NCBI GenBank assembly: GCA_038736825.1
Contig: JAVYME010000047.1
Span: 1 to 6,010 of the forward strand
Source: Candidatus Iainarchaeum sp.
GTDB lineage: Archaea > Iainarchaeota > Iainarchaeia > Iainarchaeales > DTGL01
Direction: 5' to 3'
DNA: 6,010 bases
The notes under the pieces were generated by a model. That model searched no databases and had not been told where the DNA came from. It worked only from the letters and a program-made list of their open reading frames with translations. This document shows, piece after piece, positions 1-5,553 of the stretch (within the stretch, counting starts at the first letter, position 1; every line of letters starts with the position of its first letter). The position numbers and the translations under genes are program-made.

Positions 1-649
1 CCCATACTCCGACTCCAAGGCCCCAGGCCTCTTCAGGACTGCAATTTTGTTTATATGTGCAGGGCTGGATTTGGTTGATTTCAGCCTCAGTATAAGTGTC
101 GCATGAAACGTTTGGAAGATAGCATTTTCCTCCGAGAAAGGATGCCGGGCTTGACCTCAAGCCGTGAATGTAAAACCGAACCATTTTGCCTGTCTTGTTG
201 TTTATGTAGTCTATTGTGTTGCCGATTTTTGTAAAGTCGTCGTCCATGCTTCCAGAAGTGTCCATGATGAAGTGGATTTCCACATTGGGCTGTGCCGTCA
301 CTTTAAGGTCGGGAATGTTCAAGTAATAGTTTTTTTCTCCATAAAAACCGTCAAACAATTCTTTCAATATGTTGTAGTCGTCAACTGTGTGGGGGCCGTA
401 CTGCCTTGAGCCGGCCCCGTAATAGGAATAGTTTGCGATTATTTCCCCGATTGTTTCCCCTGTTTGTGGTTCAACGATTTCGAGCAAGGCGTCAAAGCTT
501 TGCTCTAGGCGTTTTTCTTCAGCAAAGGTTTCCATGTCCCTGGTTGCCTGTGCAGCCTGGTTGAGCCTGTCCACTTCCACAAAAATCAGGGCTGCAAGGA
601 ACAAGCCCACAATGAATAATGCTGAAAGGATGTTTGATGTTTCAGCCAT
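1..649 (-). CDS. von Willebrand factor type A (vWA/MIDAS) domain protein with an N-terminal transmembrane helix; partial, C-terminus runs off the left edge
   Basis: This ORF is absent from the supplied track because it has no in-window stop. My manual minus-strand translation from the ATG at 647-649 stays open through nt 2 (216 codons): MAETSNILSALFIVGLFLAALIFVEVDRLNQAAQATRDMETFAEEKRLEQSFDALLEIVEPQTGETIGEIIANYSYYGAGSRQYGPHTVDDYNILKELFDGFYGEKNYYLNIPDLKVTAQPNVEIHFIMDTSGSMDDDFTKIGNTIDYINNKTGKMVRFYIHGLRSSPASFLGGKCYLPNVSCDTYTEAEINQIQPCTYKQNCSPEEAWGLGVGVW... A hydrophobic helix spans aa 7-24. A hydrophobic strand is followed by the DxSxS MIDAS motif (D130-T-S-G-S134, nt 248-262), an amphipathic helix, and a second hydrophobic strand (MVRFYIHGL). 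This is the canonical opening of a vWA fold. The ATG directly abuts the upstream TGA (TGAATG), and GTGA lies 7 nt upstream. Confidence 0.8.
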   Translation of the reverse strand, partial: MAETSNILSALFIVGLFLAALIFVEVDRLNQAAQATRDMETFAEEKRLEQSFDALLEIVEPQTGETIGEIIANYSYYGAGSRQYGPHTVDDYNILKELFDGFYGEKNYYLNIPDLKVTAQPNVEIHFIMDTSGSMDDDFTKIGNTIDYINNKTGKMVRFYIHGLRSSPASFLGGKCYLPNVSCDTYTEAEINQIQPCTYKQNCSPEEAWGLGVGVW

Positions 650-1417
650 TCATTTTTCACGCCCTGATTTGACAAAATAAAATATTATGAGAATTATGAA
701 AACTGCCGCGATGCCACCAATCAAGAGATAGTTGGTGTTGCCTTCAGGTTGCGGTGTTGGCGTGGGCTGTACTGTTTTTCCCGGGAAAACAGTTTCCTGT
801 CCTTGAATTGTTTGGGTTGGCTGTGGTGTCATGGTTTTCAGGCAGTCCGGGTCAACACCTCGCGCGCAGTCTGGGTCGCAATAAGTGTCTTCAAGCCAGA
901 CACATATTCCGTCCTCTTTGTCCATCGGGCAGTCCTTGCAGGAAAGAGCTGTTTCGTCTGGGTCACAGGCATTGTTTTGATTGCAAAGCCTTTCCTTTAC
1001 ATTGAATTCGAACGGCTTTTCAATTCCGTCGACTTTGACTGAAACCTTTTCTATTTCTTCTTTGTAGGGCATGAAGACATCCTTGGTTCCGGTGTCAGGC
1101 GGCTTTATTTCGTTATAGGGAAGGTTTTCGTCGAGAATGGAATAACTGTACAATATTTGTGGGGGAAAAAGGGCCAGCCTCACACTGTCAAGTTTTTGGC
1201 CTGAAGCGGAAAGAGTGGAGAGCGTGGCGTTTCCCGGCAATTCGTTCTGCGAGGCATAATCGTATAGGGTTTTGATGCCGGTTAGGTTCAAGCGATCAAA
1301 GTTCGTGTCGTAAGTGATTGTGAACCTTACCACCTTGATTTCGTCCTGCGCGAAAGCTACTGCAGTAAGGCAGAGCAGGAGTGCAATCAAAATCGCTTTA
1401 AATTTTTTTTTGTTCAA
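650..1417 (-). CDS. secreted, C-terminally membrane-anchored surface protein with an 8-Cys module and a Pro/Thr-rich stalk (hypothetical)
   Basis: The track ORF is 650-1480, but its first codon at 1478-1480 is GTG and it overlaps the upstream gene by 38 nt. An in-frame TTG at 1415-1417 lies 6 nt downstream of GGAGGG (1424-1429). It yields a textbook Sec signal, (M)NKKKFKAILIALLLCLTAVAFA|QDE. The mature protein starts with a beta-rich region. Next comes C-x5-C-x8-C-x2-C-x8-C-x7-C-x3-C-x7-C with repeated DPD(C/E) (nt 842-985). A P/T/Q-rich linker follows, TMTPQPTQTIQGQETVFPGKTVQPTPTPQPEG (nt 740-835). The protein ends with a TM helix, LLIGGIAAVFIILIIFYFV, and a basic tail, KSGREK. Confidence 0.75.
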   Translation of the reverse strand: MNKKKFKAILIALLLCLTAVAFAQDEIKVVRFTITYDTNFDRLNLTGIKTLYDYASQNELPGNATLSTLSASGQKLDSVRLALFPPQILYSYSILDENLPYNEIKPPDTGTKDVFMPYKEEIEKVSVKVDGIEKPFEFNVKERLCNQNNACDPDETALSCKDCPMDKEDGICVWLEDTYCDPDCARGVDPDCLKTMTPQPTQTIQGQETVFPGKTVQPTPTPQPEGNTNYLLIGGIAAVFIILIIFYFVKSGREK

Positions 1418-1423
1418 ATCCAA

Positions 1424-1429
1424 CCCTCC
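1424..1429 (-). promoter_or_regulatory. Shine-Dalgarno-like ribosome-binding site (GGAGGG) for the 650-1417 gene
   Basis: The minus-strand mRNA reads TAAAAAAAATTTGAATGGAGGGTTGGATTTGAAC. GGAGGG lies 6 nt upstream of the TTG at 1415-1417. It falls in the short gap after the TAA (1443-1445) of the upstream gene. Confidence 0.6.
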
Positions 1430-1442
1430 ATTCAAATTTTTT

Positions 1443-1874
1443 TTAGCCTTCAATTCTAATGGCTTTTGTAGCCTTGTCACACCTCACCTTTAGCGTGCTT
1501 GGAATCGTTAGGTTTGCTGGTGAAACCATTAAATTGCAGGTTTCACAGACATTGAATTTGTTGAAATCTGTTTCCAGGGAAAGCTTTGTTATTGGTTTCC
1601 CATAGTCTTTTTCTTCTGCATTCACTACGTGCACTATTCCGCAGTCCCTGTCCTCGCGCCCGAAATTGCAAGAGCGCCAGCAGTCTGAAACCATTCCCAG
1701 GAATGCATTGTAATTGATTTTTTGAAAGGTGTTTTGGTCCGCAGGCTTTCCACCCAGCAGTTGTGTGAGGTTTTCCTGCATTTTTTGAAAGTCAAAGCCG
1801 CCTATGAAGCCAATCACCAAAAAGCCAGCTATCACTGCAAAAAAGAAGAACACCAGCACTTCTATTACCTGCAT
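1443..1874 (-). CDS. small membrane or pilin-like protein: N-terminal hydrophobic helix plus a 6-Cys globular domain (hypothetical)
   Basis: The track ORF is 1443-1898, but its first codon is TTG and it overlaps the micro-ORF. The ATG at 1872-1874 is preceded by GGTGA (1879-1883) plus AAAA, which favours the shorter 143-aa form: MQVIEVLVFFFFAVIAGFLVIGFIGGFDFQKMQ... It has a single N-terminal hydrophobic helix. The soluble domain carries Cys residues in the pattern C-x3-C-x8-C ... C-x2-C ... C. The stop is TAA at 1443-1445. Confidence 0.7.
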   Translation of the reverse strand: MQVIEVLVFFFFAVIAGFLVIGFIGGFDFQKMQENLTQLLGGKPADQNTFQKINYNAFLGMVSDCWRSCNFGREDRDCGIVHVVNAEEKDYGKPITKLSLETDFNKFNVCETCNLMVSPANLTIPSTLKVRCDKATKAIRIEG

Positions 1875-1878
1875 TTTT

Positions 1879-1974
1879 TCACCATTTAAGCGCGCCAAGC
1901 GCGTAAATTATCAAGAGCGAGAGCGCAGCAAGCCCTATCAGTATTTCAATGATCTGCCAGGTCGTCCTGCTCAT
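1879..1974 (-). CDS. 31-aa hydrophobic micro-protein (candidate minimal pilin-like or Flp-like subunit, or a small membrane subunit)
   Basis: This ORF is not in the track. My manual translation gives ATG(1972-1974) AGC AGG ACG ACC TGG CAG ATC ATT GAA ... TGA(1879-1881), which encodes MSRTTWQIIEILIGLAALSLLIIYALGALKW. The ATG overlaps the FlaJ-like stop as ATGA. A strong SD, GGAGTGAT (1981-1988), lies 6 nt upstream. The next gene's RBS begins at this ORF's stop codon, so it fills the gap exactly. Confidence 0.6.
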   Translation of the reverse strand: MSRTTWQIIEILIGLAALSLLIIYALGALKW

Positions 1975-3866
1975 CCGCCCATCACTCCAGAGAAAACATA
2001 GTTTGTAAAAACAAATATTCCTAACAATAGCATTGAGCTGAAAACACCAAAGCCTGTCAAAAGAGTGCTGAAAATTGTTTTTCCAATTTTGTGCCTGTCT
2101 GAGCCGTATTTTATGTTTGCAAGGAAGGTTCCAAGGACCACAAGGGTCAAGATTATGTATACGCCAACTATTGCGAGCACAATGGTTGGCGGGATTATGG
2201 TTGAAGGATCAACAAGTTGCAGCGAGAAGTCTTTTAAGCCCACGCTTCTTGCAATGCCTTCTATTTCCTTGCTTATGAATTCAAGCGACATTACTATGGC
2301 TACTGCCATTATCACTGCAGTGGATGCAAGGATTGGTGCAAGCGCTTTGACTGAAACGCTTACAGTTGCAAATGTGTCGTTCAAGAGCGTTCTCAGGTAA
2401 TTATCAAGCCTGAAAATTGAAAGAGTTTGCGAGCGTATCATTTTCGCTGATTTTGCCGCACTCGCTATATCTATGTCTGCAAAGTGCACTATTCTGCGCA
2501 TTATTTGAACAAGCCTTTTTGAGGCAATTATTTCAGGCAGTTTTGTTTCAACAATTTCACCCAATGTTTTCTTGGTGTTATACAGTTCTTTGGTTATTTC
2601 ATTTAAGATTTTTACTACAGCGTGCTTTTTGAAGCCATGCCTAATATAATCGCTTTTCACATCCTGTATTATGCTTTCCATTGGCCTGTTCAATACAAGA
2701 TAACTGCTTATTATTTGGAGCAAGTGTGGAACATCTTCCTCTACCTCGTTCATTTCCTGCCAGGTTTTTTCATTCAAGGTAATGTACCTGAAAAGGTAAA
2801 TGGATATTCCTGCAACTATGCCAAAGAGCATGAGCCATACATTGAAGAGTGATTCAAAAGCATATTCTCTTGCCACCCCTGTTGGCGTGGACATATCAAC
2901 TTGCATGAAGTGAATTATTGCAGGTATTGCAAGTATTATCATAAACCCTGCACAAAGATAGGCAAAGCCTGGCGGCATTTTCTTGAATTTTGGTGACATT
3001 GAAAGGTCTATTGTGTTAACCTGAACTCTGTTCAATGCAAACTGCATTGCAAAAAGCATTAGCAGTGCCGGGCAGGAAACATTGTAAATGAAGATTAGCA
3101 TTGGCACATTTATCATATTGGGTAAAAAAATTGAAATTAGGGGAAGCATTATTAGCGACATCATTGGCAGCATTACCCCTATTGAAATCAGGCTTTTGGC
3201 TTGGTTTGAAAGGGTTTCAGTGGAACGCTTGCCGATATTGTAATAGCTTTGAATTATGGTTTTAATGCATTCCCTGAGCATTGGCTCCCTTTCCTTCAAT
3301 GGTGCCAAGGATGCTGTTTGAATCATGTTTAAGCCTTTCACGAATTCTGGGTTTATTTCCATCCATTTTGGAATGTATTCCTCAAAGGCTTCCCCCAAAG
3401 TGGAATATTTTTTGTTCTCCAGCTTTTGCTGGATGTCCCTGAATTGTTTTCCCATAGTGCCAGTAAGTCCTTTAGTGGTTTCAATGAAGGCAAATTCAAG
3501 GCTTGTGTTTAGGCTCAAATAATTGGCTATTTCAAGCAATGCTTGTAGCATTTCTTCTTTTTGCTTTAGAATGCTTTGAGTGTAATAAATGTTTGCACCG
3601 TAAAGGTAGGCGGCAAGCGGGATTAAGACAGAACCAAAAAAGAAAAGGTATGCCAAGAGCTCTAGCAAAGGATGCCCTGTCATGGCGTTCAATATATAGA
3701 AAAAAAAGCCTGTTAATCCCAGCCCTAAAAACCAGATTGTCAAACCTGAAATGAATTCTCCAGAAGTATAAGGAAATTCCACTTGCTGGAATTTTTTTTC
3801 CACCATAGAGGATTTCTTGAAGATTTTGAATTTTCTGCCTGTTTCGTAAACGAAATCAAAGTACAT
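1971..3866 (-). CDS. type IV filament platform protein, FlaJ/ArlJ / TadC / PilC (T2SS-F) family, polytopic membrane protein
   Basis: I count about 9 hydrophobic TM segments arranged as 2 TM, a roughly 130-aa cytoplasmic helical domain, 4 TM, a second roughly 135-aa helical domain, then 3 TM. The internal duplication typical of T2SS-F proteins is visible: IANYLSLNTSLEFAF (nt 3486-3530) aligns with ISSYLVLNRPMESII (nt 2670-2714). The gene sits immediately downstream of the secretion ATPase. The track start at 3920 is a TTG that overlaps the ATPase by 32 nt. The ATG at 3864-3866 (MYFDFVYETG...) follows the ATPase TAG (3889-3891) and is preceded by AGTGA plus AAAAA, so I prefer it (631 aa). The 630-650 aa fused two-domain size matches archaeal FlaJ-type proteins rather than the split bacterial TadB and TadC. 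Confidence 0.85.
   Translation of the reverse strand: MYFDFVYETGRKFKIFKKSSMVEKKFQQVEFPYTSGEFISGLTIWFLGLGLTGFFFYILNAMTGHPLLELLAYLFFFGSVLIPLAAYLYGANIYYTQSILKQKEEMLQALLEIANYLSLNTSLEFAFIETTKGLTGTMGKQFRDIQQKLENKKYSTLGEAFEEYIPKWMEINPEFVKGLNMIQTASLAPLKEREPMLRECIKTIIQSYYNIGKRSTETLSNQAKSLISIGVMLPMMSLIMLPLISIFLPNMINVPMLIFIYNVSCPALLMLFAMQFALNRVQVNTIDLSMSPKFKKMPPGFAYLCAGFMIILAIPAIIHFMQVDMSTPTGVAREYAFESLFNVWLMLFGIVAGISIYLFRYITLNEKTWQEMNEVEEDVPHLLQIISSYLVLNRPMESIIQDVKSDYIRHGFKKHAVVKILNEITKELYNTKKTLGEIVETKLPEIIASKRLVQIMRRIVHFADIDIASAAKSAKMIRSQTLSIFRLDNYLRTLLNDTFATVSVSVKALAPILASTAVIMAVAIVMSLEFISKEIEGIARSVGLKDFSLQLVDPSTIIPPTIVLAIVGVYIILTLVVLGTFLANIKYGSDRHKIGKTIFSTLLTGFGVFSSMLLLGIFVFTNYVFSGVMGG
1981..1988 (-). 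promoter_or_regulatory. Shine-Dalgarno-like site (GGAGTGAT) embedded in the last codons of the FlaJ-like gene, serving the 31-aa ORF
   Basis: The mRNA reads TCT GGA GTG ATG GGC GGA TGA, which is S G V M G G stop. GGAGTGAT is complementary to the conserved 16S 3' end AUCACCUCC. A 6-nt spacer (GGGCGG) separates it from the ATG at 1974. Confidence 0.6.
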
Positions 3867-3888
3867 TTTTTTCACTTTTCTTTTAAAA

Positions 3889-5553
3889 CTATTTTGAGGC
3901 AAGCTGGATTGTTCTGTCAAATGCTTCTTTGAATTCTTTTTCTGCTTTAGGGCTTTCCAATGGCTCTATTTGTTCAAACAAGTCTGCAAAAATCATGTTG
4001 GCTTTGAGAACGCTTGCTCCTTCGAGTCTTTCCGGAAAAACCGATGAAAGCCCAACAAATTTTTGTTTTGCCCAAGCCCTGAGCTCAATGTCCTTTATGG
4101 CAGCATCATATGACTTGTATGCAAGGGTTGTTTGCAGTATGTTTTTTATTATTTCAGATTTTCCATTCAACAGCTCTTTTGTTGGCTCAAGTGAATCGTT
4201 TTCTTTGTTGTAGAGCATCAAGTCTTGGAATTTTGGCTCTTTTTCCCAGTCCTTTAGCACTTCAGTTACCTGCGTTACTCTTCTCACATGATGCATTCCA
4301 GTGGCAGACTTAATTTGTTTTATGATTATTATGAGGTCTGTTACTTTGAACGAACCCCTTGGAACACCTAAGTCGTTGACAACGCGATCAAATACCCCGT
4401 ATGGAGTGTCAGCATGAATTGTTCCAGCAACAGTATTGGACATTGCACCAACACGCATTGCCTCATATAACACTCTTGCCTCTCCAGACCTGACTTCGCC
4501 CAAAATCAGGCAGGAATTTCCAAGCCTTAAACAGGTTCTCAAGCCTTTTTCTGGGGAAATCTCCAATCCTTCAGGGGAAAGCGCAGACTTTACTTTAAAG
4601 CAAAGAATGTCATAACCAAAATCTTTGTAAGCGTTTATTGGCAGTTCCTGAGTGTCTTCAATTGTTATAATCCTGTATTTGGGCAATATTTCCAGAATAG
4701 TTGCCCCCAAAAGGGATGTTTTACCAGAACCCCTTGGCCCAGTAAACATCATTGTTCTGCCGTGTGTCACCATGAAAGACATTAGCCCGGCAAAGAACGG
4801 AGAGAGCGTATTGTTTGAAATGAACAATGGCAGAGTCCAAGGCTTTTCCCTATGACGCCTGATAGAATAGCCTATGCCGTGTATTGAGAAAGGTTGCACT
4901 ACAGCTGCAACCCTTGCCCTTTGTTTTTCCACTATTAGTTCAGCATCAAGCTGGGGTTGTGCTTTGTTCAACGGCCTTCCTGACTCTATTTTCAGGAAAG
5001 TGGCAAGATAGTTGAGCAAGTCTATTGATGGATAAATGTTGGAGCGGCATTCATCGAATTCTTCGTGGACTATTCTGAAAGAGCTTTGGAATTCTGGGGG
5101 GTTAATGTTTATTTCTTGTATTTTGGGGTCGTTCATCAAGTAATCCAGGATGCCGTGCTGTTTTATCCATCTTACAAGCAATGGTGTTTTCATTTCGCTT
5201 GACTCGTATTCTTTGTGCAATTCCAGTAATTGTTTTAAGTTCAAGTCAAGGTTTGGAATTTCTATTGTGTAAGTTGGCTCCAGGTTTTGTTTTTCTTGCA
5301 CTATTTTCACACTGCTGTCTTTTATGGTGTAAGATTTCAATACTTTGCCTTTCACTGGTTTTATAAGGCAGTCAACAAAAAAAGGATATAACACATAAGA
5401 GTCATCCGTTAAATAGTGTTGTTTTGTGAAAAGCTTGTTTTTGTAAACTATCAAGTCTGTTTCTTTTGATGGTTTCACGCACTTGCTGCATACTGCAAAG
5501 GAGATGTCTCCCAACCCCATGCAATTGTTGCAATCCCTTGTAATATAGTTCAC
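3889..5553 (-). CDS. type II/IV secretion-superfamily ATPase, archaeal FlaI/ArlI / PilB-like (VirB11/GspE/TadA family), with an N-terminal Cys4 zinc ribbon
   Basis: All family motifs appear in order. Walker A is FTGPRGSGKTSLL (G272-T279, nt 4717-4740). The Asp box is RIITIEDTQEL (nt 4642-4671). Walker B is SCLILGEVRSGEA (about nt 4480-4512). The His box is VAGTIHADTP. The upstream N-domain signatures are DPKIQEININ and RVAAVVQPFSIHGIGYSIRRH. The Walker A lysine is at aa 278, as expected from my recollection of FlaI-type proteins. The N-terminus carries C8-x2-C11-x10-C22-x2-C25. The start codon is GTG at 5551-5553, forming a GTGA overlap with the upstream stop. AAGAGG (5564-5569) lies 10 nt upstream. 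The stop is TAG at 3889-3891. Confidence 0.93.
   Translation of the reverse strand: MNYITRDCNNCMGLGDISFAVCSKCVKPSKETDLIVYKNKLFTKQHYLTDDSYVLYPFFVDCLIKPVKGKVLKSYTIKDSSVKIVQEKQNLEPTYTIEIPNLDLNLKQLLELHKEYESSEMKTPLLVRWIKQHGILDYLMNDPKIQEININPPEFQSSFRIVHEEFDECRSNIYPSIDLLNYLATFLKIESGRPLNKAQPQLDAELIVEKQRARVAAVVQPFSIHGIGYSIRRHREKPWTLPLFISNNTLSPFFAGLMSFMVTHGRTMMFTGPRGSGKTSLLGATILEILPKYRIITIEDTQELPINAYKDFGYDILCFKVKSALSPEGLEISPEKGLRTCLRLGNSCLILGEVRSGEARVLYEAMRVGAMSNTVAGTIHADTPYGVFDRVVNDLGVPRGSFKVTDLIIIIKQIKSATGMHHVRRVTQVTEVLKDWEKEPKFQDLMLYNKENDSLEPTKELLNGKSEIIKNILQTTLAYKSYDAAIKDIELRAWAKQKFVGLSSVFPERLEGASVLKANMIFADLFEQIEPLESPKAEKEFKEAFDRTIQLASK

Noticed and set aside
671-742. Archaeosortase (PGF-CTERM or PEF-CTERM) or sortase-type sorting signal at the C-terminus of the 650-1417 protein
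   Set aside because: No PGF, PEF or LPxTG motif precedes the C-terminal TM helix; the sequence there is EGNTNYLLIGG. I describe it only as a plain C-terminal TM anchor with a basic tail.
1403-1411. A 9-nt homopolymer (A9 on the coding strand) in the signal-peptide n-region (AAC AAA AAA AAA TTT) as a possible slipped-strand phase-variation switch for the surface protein
   Set aside because: The window is AT-rich and holds many comparable runs inside other genes: 1437-1444, 3792-3799, 5990-5997, and A7-A8 runs near 3125, 3692 and 5384. The tract simply encodes KKK. Without population or read-level length variation there is no support for phase variation.
1351-1417. Lipoprotein lipobox in the signal peptide (ALLLCLTAVAFA)
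   Set aside because: The residues before the Cys are L-L-L, which does not fit the [LVI][ASTVI][GAS]C lipobox. An AFA|Q type I cleavage site follows, so a standard Sec signal is the simpler reading.
1890-1904. A GC-only hairpin (CGCGC-TTG-GCGCG on the mRNA) in the 3' end of the micro-ORF, just upstream of the next gene's RBS
   Set aside because: It has only a 5-bp stem and a 3-nt loop and lies within coding sequence (Y-A-L-G-A-L). That is too small to call a regulatory or processing structure without conservation or structure-probing data.
1851-1974. Canonical class III (prepilin) signal peptides on the 31-aa and 143-aa proteins
   Set aside because: The expected short basic leader ending in [KR]-[GA] before the hydrophobic helix is absent. 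The residues preceding the Gln are T-W in one protein and (EK)M in the other. I report the shared motif as a finding but do not annotate a cleavage site.
164-5366. Plus-strand ORFs in the supplied track: 164-409, 749-1042, 754-1005, 1804-2001, 2065-2400, 2075-2278, 2417-2632, 2622-2852, 3325-3522, 3503-3754, 3929-4213, 4110-4313, 4652-4855 and 5181-5366
   Set aside because: Every one lies antisense to a long minus-strand ORF that has recognisable motifs or coherent architecture. Their translations are low-complexity and rich in Cys, Phe, Leu and Arg, with no motifs. They are short (61-111 aa) and overlap one another. These are typical shadow ORFs.
1971-5553. Calling the ATPase and platform pair an archaellum (arlI/arlJ) operon
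   Set aside because: The window contains no archaellin, FlaF/G-like gene or KaiC-like FlaH gene. The gene upstream of the ATPase is a coiled-coil protein. The downstream genes are surface or adhesin-like. I therefore give no arl or fla gene symbols. Phylogeny of the ATPase would be needed to settle this.
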